Shown here: piece after piece, positions 1-10,530 of the stretch
Numbering within the stretch: position 1 is the stretch's first letter
Layout of the letters: each line of letters begins with the position of its first letter
From: Trichodesmium erythraeum IMS101
GTDB lineage: Bacteria; Cyanobacteriota; Cyanobacteriia; Cyanobacteriales; Microcoleaceae
Reading direction: 5' to 3'
NCBI RefSeq assembly: GCF_000014265.1
Contig: NC_008312.1
Span: 6,780,001-6,812,000, forward strand
DNA: 32,000 nt
Made by a program: the position numbers and the translations under genes
The notes under the pieces: model-generated
The model's input: only the letters and a program-made list of their open reading frames with translations
The model's database searches: none
Told to the model about the DNA's origin: nothing

Positions 1-1
1 T

Positions 2-403
2 ATTAATACAATTGAAGCTGAAGATATTACAAGAGTTTTAGTTTTATTAAATGTTCCAAGAACTGCTATTATTATCGAACCTCATAGCTCGACGGTTTAT
101 GAAAGTGCTATCGAAACTCGTGAAATACTAAATGAAAGAGGTTTAGATCCTACAGTTATTCTTGTTAGTTCTGCTATCCAAATTCGTCGTGCTAGTTTAA
201 CTTTTACTGACATAGGTATGAAGGTTATTCCGGCTCCTACAGATTTTAACACTGTTAATCCTTATGAAAACTCTTCCTATCGTTTTGTACTAGCAGATTT
301 TTTTCCTAATACAGAAGCTATTTCATTAACTACTGAAGTTTGGGAAGAATATTTGGCATTATTTTATTACTTCTTGCGTGGTTGGTTAGCCCCCAGTTTC
401 TAA
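2..403 (+). CDS. DUF218/YdcF(ElyC)-family protein, C-terminal part; the 5' end lies outside the window
   Basis: The frame is open from the window edge to the stop at 401-403. The translation ...TAIIIEPHSSTVYESAIETREILNERGLDPTVILVSSAIQIRRASLTFTDIGMKVIPAPTDF matches my recollection of the DUF218 core (E-x-x-S-x-x-T-x-E-[NS]-A, then ILV-[TS]-S ... R-A). Confidence 0.65.
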   Translation: MNTIEAEDITRVLVLLNVPRTAIIIEPHSSTVYESAIETREILNERGLDPTVILVSSAIQIRRASLTFTDIGMKVIPAPTDFNTVNPYENSSYRFVLADFFPNTEAISLTTEVWEEYLALFYYFLRGWLAPSF

Positions 404-470
404 ATTACCACCATGTAACTACTGGTTTTTGCTTTTAGTTAAAAGCTTTATTGAATTATTGAATTAAACT

Positions 471-486
471 CTGCCCGATCGGGCGG
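471..486 (+). terminator. GC-rich palindrome (CTGCCCGATCGGGCGG) about 70 nt after the DUF218 stop; possible weak terminator
   Basis: GCCCGATCGGGC (473-484) is a perfect 12-nt palindrome, extendable by C-G and U.G pairs. The following T-tract is poor (GGTATTATTAT). A related motif, CCCCGACCGGGCCCTGGTAT, occurs at about 781-800. Confidence 0.3.
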
Positions 487-956
487 GGTATTATTATCCA
501 AGACTAAATTATACTACAAAAGCCGGGTAATATACCATTTCTCAAAAAAAAAAATTTAACGCGGGCTTTTGAGCAGAGAACTCACTCCTAACCTTCAAGA
601 TAAACCCATCTAATTTGCTCATTCCTCCTGTATGTAGTTTTTTTTAAGTTGAATAAATACTATATGTAGAAATTTGCGAGTCAATAAATGCAATAAGCTC
701 AAGTTTATTGATAATTTATCCCGGTTTATTGACAATATACCTTTGGCCTACACCTAAACCTGACCGTGTAAGGAAAATTACCCCGACCGGGCCCTGGTAT
801 AGTAACGACATTTAAAAATTAACACCATTCGATGGCATTCATTGTGCAGAAAGGTTATTACCTTTGTGTTAATTACTTAAATTTCTGAAGTTTGACAAAA
901 AATTAGTATTAATTATTTGCGGTCAATTTAATCATTTCAACTAAGAATTGAATAAA

Positions 957-990
957 TGATGATAATTTAAAATTATCATCAGTTTTTTGG
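957..990. terminator. Intrinsic-terminator-like hairpin, possibly bidirectional
   Basis: TGATGATAATT-TAA-AATTATCATCA forms a perfect 11-bp stem and is followed by GTTTTTTGG on the plus strand. On the minus strand the same hairpin is followed by TTTATTCAATTC and lies about 150 nt downstream of the minus-strand ORF ending at 1139. Confidence 0.5.
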
Positions 991-1138
991 GGAATAAAAA
1001 ATTAACTGTTTTCCGATTTATTCAGCAAAACCTAATTAATTTATATATCTCCAAAATACTGATATTGGAATAGTTTTATAAGGGATTCATAACTTTTTGA
1101 AGTATATGTATAAATGAAAAATTTACTGTCAACCAATA

Positions 1139-1432
1139 TCAATATTCTTCAAAATACATTTTTACTGGCTCATAATTATTAGAAGATTTAGCAGTTGAAT
1201 TATTGGGAGAATTAGTAGGTAATGGTTCTGGTGATTGTTCGCTTGTATTCTCTACACTAGATGAGATTAAAAAATTAACAATAAAGATAATACCTAAAAT
1301 TATAATTGACAAAGAAATCACAAAATCTTGTCCAGGAGGTGGTTGTTTATTTGGAGGTGGTGGTGAAGGAGGAACAGGTTTAACCTTAATAGTGCCATCG
1401 TCTTCTAATGTAAGAGAAAAACGTTTACTCAT
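1139..1432 (-). CDS. Hypothetical small single-pass membrane protein with a Pro-rich segment
   Basis: The ORF track gives 1139..1456, but that start is TTG. I prefer the in-frame ATG at 1432 (MSKRFSL...) because a TATAAT box on the minus strand (plus coordinates 1459-1464) would place the transcript start near 1452. The protein has PPSPPPPNKQPPPG followed by one clear hydrophobic helix (ISLSIIILGIIFIVNFLI). I recognise no homology. Confidence 0.45.
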   Translation of the reverse strand: MSKRFSLTLEDDGTIKVKPVPPSPPPPNKQPPPGQDFVISLSIIILGIIFIVNFLISSSVENTSEQSPEPLPTNSPNNSTAKSSNNYEPVKMYFEEY

Positions 1433-1671
1433 ATTTGTTAATCCTAATTGCGACAAATATTATAGTCAATATATTAAGATAATTGTAGTAATATTTTGAA
1501 ATTAACTTGAGACAAGATTATTTAGTATTGATACATTTACTCGTTACTTGATACATATTATTTTGATTGAAAACTAACTACCAATGTATATTAAATTGAA
1601 AATCAAGCTTGTGTCTATTGAACTATTTACAATTATAACATTATCTAAAATATAACATTACTACTACTAAT

Positions 1672-3426
1672 ATGACTCAATCTTCTCAACTACGATTCCA
1701 AAAATTAGCCTCCTACTTACGTCCTCATTGGCGAAAGTCTTTCTTAGGAATTCTCTCCCTGCTAATAGTCAATGGCTTAGGAATATATATTCCTAAATTA
1801 ATCAGTCAAGCTATAGATGATTTGGAAGTAGCAACTCAATTTAATGAATTCTTATACTATGTGGTGACAATTGTAGTTTTTGCTTCCATTATGTGGGTAA
1901 TTAGAATACTCTCTCGCATTCTCATCTTTGGAGTAGGGCGACAAGTAGAATTTGACCTTAAACAAAAGATTTTTAATCGACTTTTAAAATTAGAACCATC
2001 CTACTTTAGTAATAATACAATTGGAGATTTAATTAATCGCGCTACAAGTGACGTTGATAATATCCGTAGACTATTAGGTTTTGCAGTCTTAAGTATTTTT
2101 AATACAATTTTTGCTTATGGTTTAACCATACCAGTTATGCTTTCTATTGATGTGCGATTAACTATATTAGCAATTTCTGTTTATCCTATTATGCTAATAA
2201 TGGTACAAATATTTAGTCATAAACTGCAAAGCCAACAATTAGCTGTGCAAGAAGAACTTTCTAGTATGAGTGATTTAATTCAAGAGGATATAAATGGTAT
2301 TTCTCTAATCAAAATATATGCTCAAGAAGAAAATGAAATCCGAGCTTTTGGTGAATATAATAAACGACTTTTAAATTGTAATTTAGACTTAGCAAGAACT
2401 CGTAATACTATTTTTCCTATCCTCATTAGTTTAGCAAGTTCAAGCTTATTAATATTATTAGTTAATGGTTCAAGTTACTTGGAAGCTGGTAGATTAACAG
2501 TTGGTAATTTTGTAGCTTTGATTCTTTATGTTGAGCGTTTAGTTTTCCCGACTGCATTATTAGGTTTTACAATTACTGCTTATCAAAGAGGAGAAGTAAG
2601 TATTGACCGCATAGAAGCTATTCTCACAGTTGAACCAAAAATTCAAGACTATAAATTACCTCTAGCTTTTCCACAAGTAGTAAAAGGTTCGATAAAAAGT
2701 CAAGGATTAACATATACTTATCCAGGCAGTCAAACACCGGCTTTAGAGAATATTAATTTTTTGATTAAACCAGGAGAAACTATTGCTATTGTTGGATCTG
2801 TTGGTGCAGGTAAATCAACTTTAGCAAATATATTACCTCGGCTTTTAAATATTGATGTTGACCAATTATTTATAGATGGTTGTGATGTGACTAAACTAAA
2901 ATTAGAAGATTTACGCAAGGCGATCGCTTATGTTCCCCAAGAAAGTTTTTTGTTTAGTACAACTATTAAAAATAATATCTGTTATGGAGATCCATTAAAA
3001 GAACAAAAAGAAATAGAATTTGCTGCTAAACAAGCACAAATTCATACAGAAATTATGAATTTTTCCCAACAATATGAAACGATAGTCGGAGAAAAAGGGA
3101 TTACTTTATCAGGGGGACAAAGACAAAGAACGGCATTAGCAAGAGCTTTATTAGTTGATGCACCAATATTGATTTTAGATGATGCACTTTCTAGTGTAGA
3201 TAATCAGACAGCAACTAATATTTTGCAAAATTTATCAACAGGAACTCAAAAGAAAACTGTAATTTTTATTTCTCATCAAATGTCTGCTGCGGCTACTACT
3301 GATAGAATTTTGGTGATGGATAAAGGAAAAATTGTGCAAGTAGGAAATCATGCAGAATTAGTAAATAAACCAGGTTTATATCAGTTACTTTGGGAAGAAC
3401 AAAAGCTAAAACAATTATTAGAATAG
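1672..3426 (+). CDS. ABC exporter with fused permease and ATPase (MsbA/MdlB-type, ABCB-like)
   Basis: 584 aa. The N-terminal half contains about 6 TM helices. It has Walker A GSVGAGKST, the ABC signature LSGGQRQR, Walker B ILILDDALS and an H-loop ISHQ. Confidence 0.93.
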   Translation: MTQSSQLRFQKLASYLRPHWRKSFLGILSLLIVNGLGIYIPKLISQAIDDLEVATQFNEFLYYVVTIVVFASIMWVIRILSRILIFGVGRQVEFDLKQKIFNRLLKLEPSYFSNNTIGDLINRATSDVDNIRRLLGFAVLSIFNTIFAYGLTIPVMLSIDVRLTILAISVYPIMLIMVQIFSHKLQSQQLAVQEELSSMSDLIQEDINGISLIKIYAQEENEIRAFGEYNKRLLNCNLDLARTRNTIFPILISLASSSLLILLVNGSSYLEAGRLTVGNFVALILYVERLVFPTALLGFTITAYQRGEVSIDRIEAILTVEPKIQDYKLPLAFPQVVKGSIKSQGLTYTYPGSQTPALENINFLIKPGETIAIVGSVGAGKSTLANILPRLLNIDVDQLFIDGCDVTKLKLEDLRKAIAYVPQESFLFSTTIKNNICYGDPLKEQKEIEFAAKQAQIHTEIMNFSQQYETIVGEKGITLSGGQRQRTALARALLVDAPILILDDALSSVDNQTATNILQNLSTGTQKKTVIFISHQMSAAATTDRILVMDKGKIVQVGNHAELVNKPGLYQLLWEEQKLKQLLE

Positions 3427-3985
3427 GAGGTATTTCAATTATCAGTTATTAGCTTTCCAAAAACTTATTTAGGTAAAACTTGAGTCAAAAATTAAAGGTC
3501 AAGAGAATAATGTTAAGACTCCATTTAGTTAATGTTTAAAATAGACTAGATAATATTTTCATCAACCTATGAGATACGGTGCTATAGTCTGTTACAGATA
3601 AGTCTACTTCCATCAAATTAAATATAAATTTCGGAAATAAATCATAAGGGTTTGTCGTCGAGGCTAATTACGCCCAAGCTATTCAGGGAGACCATTTATT
3701 TAATAGCCACATCACTGTAAGTATTCACATAAGTATTCACCTTCTCCCCTCTCCCAGTTTTCTGTTGGCTTACCCACTACTCTATTGCTTCAGCACTGAG
3801 TCAAAGTATTAGACTCCCTTAGTGCTTTAGGTAAGGATCTATCCATAAGATTAGTTCCTAACCCGGTACTTGGACTTAGATTTTGCTGCAGGTTTTGCTT
3901 TCAATGCACTATGATTTTTGTTCTATTTTCTTTCTTTGTAACGCAAAGCTATCCTTACAAGGTCTTAAAGCTATTACTACCAAAG

Positions 3986-4103
3986 TCAATATATGGCAGA
4001 AATTGCAGTCTTTTCTTCAGTTTGATCCTGAGCTATACTGTTAAGAGGAGCTAAACTAACTAGTACAATAAATACAGCCAGAGCCAGTAATTAATTGCTT
4101 CAT
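3986..4103 (-). pseudogene. Relic of the 5' end of a secreted-protein gene (frameshifted signal peptide)
   Basis: On the minus strand, the ATG at 4103 gives MKQLI. A 1-nt frame slip then gives LALAVFIVLVSLAPLNSIAQDQTEEKTAISAIY followed by a stop at 3986-3988. This looks like a signal peptide, and no long ORF follows it. Confidence 0.3.
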
Positions 4104-4359
4104 TTTGAATTTATTGAATTGAACGGGGTATTTAATCAGCAGGTACACAAAATTAATTATACATTTTTTGATAGTAAATCCCCTACATTGCAGAGTTAAC
4201 ATCAAATTAGGATAAGTAAACATTTTTATAATAATACTTATTATACTTTAATAACTTTATGAAGACCGAGAAATATTTTCTTAGCTTTCTATATTGCCTC
4301 CAACCTGATATTATTAATACTTTACTTACTCACTCATAGAAAATTCAAAATTAAAGAAC

Positions 4360-5442
4360 ATGATAAACTGCCGCATTACTCTACTTCCCGGTGACGGCAT
4401 TGGCCCTGAAATTATGGCAGTGGCGGTAGATGTCTTGAAAGTAGTTGGCAAGCAATTTAACCTCGAATTTGAATTTCAAGAAGCTCCTATTGGTGGAGTA
4501 GCTATTGATGCTACAGGAGAACCTCTACCTAAAGAAACTCTGGAAATGTGTCGTAATAGCAATGCAGTGTTATTAGCAGCTATCGGTGGTTACAAGTGGG
4601 ATAATTTGCCCCGCCATCAACGACCAGAAACCGGACTATTAGGACTTAGAGCCGGATTAGGATTATTTGCCAATTTACGACCTGCTAAAATTTTCCCCCA
4701 ATTAATAGATGCTTCAACTCTGAAACGAGAAATAGTTGAAGGAGTGGATATTATGGTGGTGCGAGAATTAACTGGTGGGGTATATTTTGGTACACCTAAG
4801 GGTGTGTTTGAAACGGAGACTAAAGAGAAACGGGGTGTCAATACAATGGCCTATTCTGAGTCAGAAATTGACCGTATTGCTAAAGTAGGATTTGAGACTG
4901 CCCAGAAACGAGGAGGTAAGTTGTGTTCCGTGGATAAAGCAAATGTTTTGGAAGTGTCTCAGTTCTGGCGCGATCGTATTAATCTAGTTGCCCAAGAATA
5001 TCAAGATGTAGAGTTATCTCATTTATATGTAGATAATGCAGCTATGCAGCTTGTTCGTTTTCCGAAACAATTTGATACTATTGTCACAGGAAATTTATTT
5101 GGGGATATTCTTTCTGATGCTGCTGCCATGTTAACAGGAAGTATTGGGATGTTACCTTCTGCCAGTTTAGGTGCTTCTGGACCAGGAGTATTTGAACCTG
5201 TTCACGGTTCTGCGCCAGATATTGCTGGTCAGGATAAGGCTAATCCTTTGGCACAAGTTTTGAGTGTAGCAATGATGTTGCGTTATGCTTTAGAGCAACC
5301 TGTAGTAGCAGATAAAATTGAACAAGCGGTATTGCAAGTATTGGAGCAAGGTTATCGTACTGGTGATATTATGTCGGAAGGAATGAAACTCGTGGGATGT
5401 AAAGAAATGGGGGAGGTTTTGTTAAAAATATTGAGTTTGTAG
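4360..5442 (+). CDS. leuB: 3-isopropylmalate dehydrogenase
   Basis: 360 aa. It shows typical LeuB motifs: [48 protein letters not shown] and HGSAPDIAG. Confidence 0.97.
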   Translation: MINCRITLLPGDGIGPEIMAVAVDVLKVVGKQFNLEFEFQEAPIGGVAIDATGEPLPKETLEMCRNSNAVLLAAIGGYKWDNLPRHQRPETGLLGLRAGLGLFANLRPAKIFPQLIDASTLKREIVEGVDIMVVRELTGGVYFGTPKGVFETETKEKRGVNTMAYSESEIDRIAKVGFETAQKRGGKLCSVDKANVLEVSQFWRDRINLVAQEYQDVELSHLYVDNAAMQLVRFPKQFDTIVTGNLFGDILSDAAAMLTGSIGMLPSASLGASGPGVFEPVHGSAPDIAGQDKANPLAQVLSVAMMLRYALEQPVVADKIEQAVLQVLEQGYRTGDIMSEGMKLVGCKEMGEVLLKILSL

Positions 5443-7977
5443 CGAAAGGAGTAGAGAGTAGGGAACAAGGGAAAATTTGAAAAATATTCTGGCTTCAACA
5501 CCTACAAAAATCTTTATTATGTCTAATTAATGAGGCTTAATATCCTATTTTCCCAGAGGAACCCACCAAACCCAGTTTTTTCCTAGATGCCTATTTAGAC
5601 CTCTCCAAAAATACCAATTTTAGAAAGGTAGCAGATGGGTTTGAGAATTTTTTATGGAGAGGTCTATTATTAAAAATAACAATTTATCCTAACTCTTTTA
5701 TAAAGCTGGAGTCCGTCTCCGTAAATCCTAAGTATTATTTGTAGCTTAATTATAAAAAATTGGTATTAGATATTTGGCTTGTTTATTTGCTGTTTTTTAC
5801 CAATAAATACATTCAAGCACTATTAAACTCATTTTTTTTCCGATAAATATATGTAAGCACCATTATACTTATTGTTTAGCTACTCTAGTTTTACTTATAG
5901 TATATCCTATAATAGGTTAAGTCTTAAACCTAGGTGTAGTTAATTTTGTGTGACTGCTTAATAATTTAATCACAAGTATTCAAGTATTTTTTGATAGCCA
6001 ATTAAGTAAATATTATCAGCTTAGAGTAATTAAATATACTTTAACAGAAAAGGATTGGATGAATAGGCAATTGCCACCATAAAATGTTGATCACAAATAA
6101 AGTCCTTACCTTGATCCCCAACCCTAATCAATCCTGTAACTCTAGCCAGCTTTCTTAATTTTCTTTGGCATCCAACTCAAGACTAGGTAAATTAGTCCCA
6201 AGTAAATTGTAGCTGTCAGTAAAATGTAGAAGCAATCAAAGTTAGCCATAATAAATGCCCTCCAGCTATAATTTTCTTTTTGCTCTGCATAGTTTTATTT
6301 TTCTTTAAAATTATGAATGTACCATCTCCTAATTTCGTATATCAGAGCGGTGAAAACCAGATTAGCTAGTTATGTTAAATTAGATGCAATTATGTATCTA
6401 TGCTTACCTCTAATGAATTTTATTGTCACCTCATCTCCAATATTAATTGATGACTCATCTCATAAATAATTTTGAGAAAGAAAAATAACTTTTCTTTGTA
6501 ACTATCATAATTAATTTTAACACAAATTATTTTTCTTTATGTTATTTATATAAAGAAAATTTTTCTACTAATCTCTCAACTTAGAAAGAAAGATTAAGGG
6601 AAAATCAATATTAATTATAAAAAATCAATATTAATCATAAAAAGTTATATTTCTTAATATCAAACTGATAGTTTGACCAAAATCTTACCATATCAGGATT
6701 ATTCCTAAATATTTAGGGTTTGTTGAAAAAGTCTTTGGGTGAGGGTAAGAAACTGGAAATAAGGAATTAATTTTTCTGCGTTTTCCCACACAACCCAGGT
6801 AAAATCCTAAATGAGGGAAAATTAATTTTATAATTGTTTGGCATTTTTATCAAGCTAAGCCACCACTTAAATTGATGTCTCATCAGAATTCTATATTTAT
6901 TTAGACAGGCCTATTGAGCTTGGCATATTAAAGATATTGACAAAGATATTGACAGGACTCACCTAAGCAACACTACATATAGTAGAATTCCCTAAAAATA
7001 ATGTATAATTTTTAATTGGTGCATAAGTTCTATATTATTTATAAGTCTAGAGTAGAACTAATACCAACTAACCTGGGTAGTGACGATCCAGAAGTTGGAC
7101 CTTTAACAATTCACTGGATAGCGATCGCCAATCTGACACTGGAAATATGTTCAAATAGAAATTGGATAGCCTTACAAATATCAAGTTTGGTATCAACTTT
7201 GGTAATGAGGGCTTACCCAAAACTACTATTCCAAGTAGGGGTATATTATTTGATATTTTGCTCAGGTCCTTGTAATCTGTTAGGAGATTATTAAATTCTC
7301 AGATATAGTCCGTCCTGGGTATGTACTGAGGAATTCCCACTCGCTTCTACTGAATTTCCTCGTTAAAACTTAGGGGTTTACAAAGATAGGTTTTTGACAA
7401 TTAAGGGAATAAGATAAGACAAAGTAAATAACAGGTGCAGAGTAAACTTGAAAGGACAAACACCAGAAAATTAAAACCTTTTATGTTTCAAAGTTATCTA
7501 TCAAAAACCATTTGATGTAGCAATGACAATTTTTGAGCTATTACCCATAGTTTCTCACCTAACTAGATAGACTCACATATATAGCTAATTTCCGGCAAAT
7601 GATGTATGGAGTAAATGGTAAAAATCATGTATTGGGAGCATATTTCCCGTTGGGAGTACCTCATAAAGCTAAAATATGCTGTAATTATTTGTCGTTCCTT
7701 TCCTTAAAGTTTGTAGGAAAACTTTGCGCAAAATTTTGATAAAAAAAATTGTATTACTCCATTACTTTTTTCTAATTTGTTACCGTATCTTCTAACTCTA
7801 TTTTGTTTTGTTATCGTCACAACTAGAAAAGAAAAAACCTCTCCTAAATCTTTGAAAATAACCTGTATATTTAATCAAGTTTTATTTTAATAAAGATGTT
7901 TATAAAGCATAGACTTATAAGTGGGGGTTAACTTCTGACTTGCCCGTAAGACTATATTTCCTTCTTCCTTGTTGAAA

Positions 7978-8220
7978 ATGCCAAAAAAACAAAAGTTTCC
8001 TTATCTTCTTGGTTCTAAATGGACAGCAACTAAAAAAACTTGGGGATGGCGACATTTCCAAGTAGTAAATCGTAAAAATCAAGGTCAATGGGTATTTGCT
8101 GAAATGGTAGCATCCTGTGACTCAAATGTGAGATTTTGGCTAAATGCTAAACAACTAAAAGACCGCTCTCTTTGGCAGCCAGGATGGCAATCAACGCAAG
8201 AATTAGAACCTATTGAATAA
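7978..8220 (+). CDS. TIGR02450-family tryptophan-rich small protein
   Basis: The ORF-track start at 7969 is TTG, so I prefer the ATG at 7978 (MPKKQKF...). The motifs SKWTA...WRHFQV...W..GW and the 80-aa size match my recollection of the cyanobacterial Trp-rich TIGR02450 family. Confidence 0.7.
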   Translation: MPKKQKFPYLLGSKWTATKKTWGWRHFQVVNRKNQGQWVFAEMVASCDSNVRFWLNAKQLKDRSLWQPGWQSTQELEPIE

Positions 8221-8228
8221 TAATAATA

Positions 8229-8843
8229 ATGGATTATAAGCATCTAAAAAAAGCAATTGAATTATTAATCAATGCGACCAAATATTTAGAAGATATTGTC
8301 AGTGAAAAAAACACAAATAAAGTTAATAATCAAACAGTTAAAACTGCTCAAACAACTATCAAAAAAGCTATGGCAGAAATCTCTGCTGCAGTAAATCCGT
8401 GCCTCACAAATCATATTCCTGATAAATTTTTAGCCCAAGCAGAAAAATTAGGTATTCCCTTAGATGATATTGAGGTTATAGTTGCTATTTCTGAACATCA
8501 TTCTAGTCAGTTAGCTGGTGTATTAAAAGAAATTGAAAATCGATCAGAAAATATTAAACGTAGGCGAGAATATTTTTTGCTCCGATTACCACAAATGCCA
8601 ATAGAAAAGTTAGGTTCTCGACTACCAGTTATCAAAGCTACTGATTTTAATTGGCCGGAAAAACCGATTTCTAAAGAATATAAAGAGGCAATTAAAGCTA
8701 AATACAAAATTGATAGACTGATGACAAAAAAACCTGGTTCTAGAACATCTTTTTTTGCAAAAATTGAGGCTGCAGAGAAGAATTTAGCTCAATCTCAAGC
8801 GGTTGAAAATGATTATGACTTAGATCAAGAAATTCCATTTTAA
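8229..8843 (+). CDS. Hypothetical protein (204 aa, charged and helical), probably co-transcribed with the TIGR02450 gene
   Basis: An ATG-initiated ORF begins 8 nt after the upstream stop on the same strand. Its composition looks protein-like. I recognise no family. Confidence 0.6.
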   Translation: MDYKHLKKAIELLINATKYLEDIVSEKNTNKVNNQTVKTAQTTIKKAMAEISAAVNPCLTNHIPDKFLAQAEKLGIPLDDIEVIVAISEHHSSQLAGVLKEIENRSENIKRRREYFLLRLPQMPIEKLGSRLPVIKATDFNWPEKPISKEYKEAIKAKYKIDRLMTKKPGSRTSFFAKIEAAEKNLAQSQAVENDYDLDQEIPF

Positions 8844-9443
8844 ATGTTATTATTCTCTCAAACTTCTAATTCAGTCGGAGACTATATCATGTCGGGTTAA
8901 ATAATTATAATGAAAGCTGCTACTAGAACAATATCTCTATCTATCTTAGGGTTCTTGTCTTACTACGAATAAATCGAATCTCCGTAATTATCTTACTTGT
9001 ATCAAACGAAAAACTCTTTGTTACTCTAAGCCAGAAATTATGCTGGGATATTCAGTGAAATTATTAATTTACGCTTCTGAAATTCAGAGATGTTCCTCTA
9101 CCATTGAGGGATTAGCTACGGCAGCGATCGCTTGTCCTCCAGTGGAAAAAAATTACTAGAAATCTATATTTCCTACTTTCAAAAAAGTGGTTATTTTCCG
9201 ACTCCTTCAAATCAATTTATACCACCTAATAAAGACATTGGGTCTTTGGAAATCAATTAAAACTAATATCATATAAAAAAATTGATCCTTTGCAATTAAA
9301 CTAACTTTTCCCAACAACAACTTCCCCTTTCCCTTCGCTGAAGAATGACTAGCGATCGCTCATAAGTTTTCTTATTTTTAGTGTTAAAAGAATTAACAAA
9401 CTGTACTTTATTATCTAGGTAAAGTGCTGTAATTTTAATAATT

Positions 9444-9578
9444 TTAATGGTCGCGATCGCCTATTGTTACATCGTTAATAAAATCCATCAATAAAGTATT
9501 AAATTTCTCTGGTGTTTCCCAATAAACTATATCTTGGGTGCCAATTTTGACTTTTTGTGATTTAAGTTCTATTTGATA
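9444..9578 (-). pseudogene. C-terminal relic of an alpha/beta-hydrolase-like gene
   Basis: Minus-strand translation gives YQIELKSQKVKIGTQDIVYWETPEKFNTLLMDFINDVTIGDRDH followed by a stop. The ...W-E-x-P-E-x-F-N-x-x-L-x-x-F-I ending is typical of alpha/beta hydrolase C-termini, but the expected catalytic His is absent. Only 44 codons are open. Confidence 0.3.
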
Positions 9579-9846
9579 TTAAAAAATTATAGTCAGTACT
9601 TAGGCACACATCACAAATCAAAGTTATTGGGGATATAAAATCACAAATTATCAAAAGTTTACTCTATAATGTTTTTAGTATTTCATAACTAACAAACACT
9701 ATAAACTTTGACTTAATTTGGGTTTTAGCCTTTTTTTTGCTTAATTCTCTATAACTTTATTATATAAAACCTTTAGGGGTATTTCATATTGCGGATATCC
9801 ACAGCGGTTCGCTATTATTTGAATCAAAACCATTACGCGAGCAGGA

Positions 9847-10281
9847 CTAATTCTGAAATATCTCCTTCAATGAGCTGAAACCTCTCTGATAAATATCACT
9901 TAATAATTTAATCAGATTCTTTTCTTTTTGGGGGTCACAGTCGAATGTGCTTGTCCATTCAGCATAAGTTAAATCTCCATCTGTGATAGGCTTAAACTGT
10001 AATGTTGCTACATAGTTCCTGAGAGGGAAGGAAGATTCTAGAATTGAGTAAGAGTATAAATAATTTAAGTCGCTCAGAACTAATAGCTTTTCGCGAATAG
10101 ATCCGCCTTCTATGAAATTTACACTACGAACACAGCCAATTTCATCAGCTGCCTTATTATCTTCTATGAAACTGGTAGCAACAACTGGATGCCATCTAGG
10201 TAGAGAATTAAAATTTCTAGTCTTCATCCATACTTGATCAATATGAGCATTGATAACAGAACTTATAAAAACTTTAACCAT
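9847..10281 (-). CDS. SRPBCC (START/Bet v1/polyketide-cyclase-like) superfamily protein
   Basis: 144 aa. The N-terminus ...I.A..DQVW....NF..LP.WHP.V and the later ...GCVR........I.E.L..LSD....YSYSI... are typical of SRPBCC ligand-binding proteins. Confidence 0.75.
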   Translation of the reverse strand: MVKVFISSVINAHIDQVWMKTRNFNSLPRWHPVVATSFIEDNKAADEIGCVRSVNFIEGGSIREKLLVLSDLNYLYSYSILESSFPLRNYVATLQFKPITDGDLTYAEWTSTFDCDPQKEKNLIKLLSDIYQRGFSSLKEIFQN

Positions 10282-10530
10282 TATTTAAATATTTTTGATA
10301 CTCTATTATCCAATATGTAGATCATAAACTAAGTTTTTGTGATAGTACTACAAAAATTTAAGCTTAACTCTTTGATATTAAATCCCGTTTAGACATAAGC
10401 TTGATTTTGAAGACTAGACACTTATCTTAAGGTCTGAATAAAAAAGGGTTAGAGATAAATTTGAAAAAGTTACTTTTGAGAACTAAGTTTGGTCTAGTAT
10501 CTCTAATTATAAATAATTTAGCGGATACTA

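Noticed and set aside
1203-1499. 98-aa plus-strand ORF overlapping the 1139..1456 minus-strand ORF
   Set aside because: It is the mirror frame of the Pro-rich gene; its GGGCLFGGGGEGG run is the complement of the proline codons. The minus-strand product has a coherent TM helix and a plausible promoter, so I kept only that one.
7016-7294. 92-aa ORF in the gene desert
   Set aside because: It has a TTG start and an odd composition, I recognise no motif, and it is isolated in AT-rich non-coding DNA. It is most likely a chance ORF. I noted only that an extended -10 box sits just upstream.
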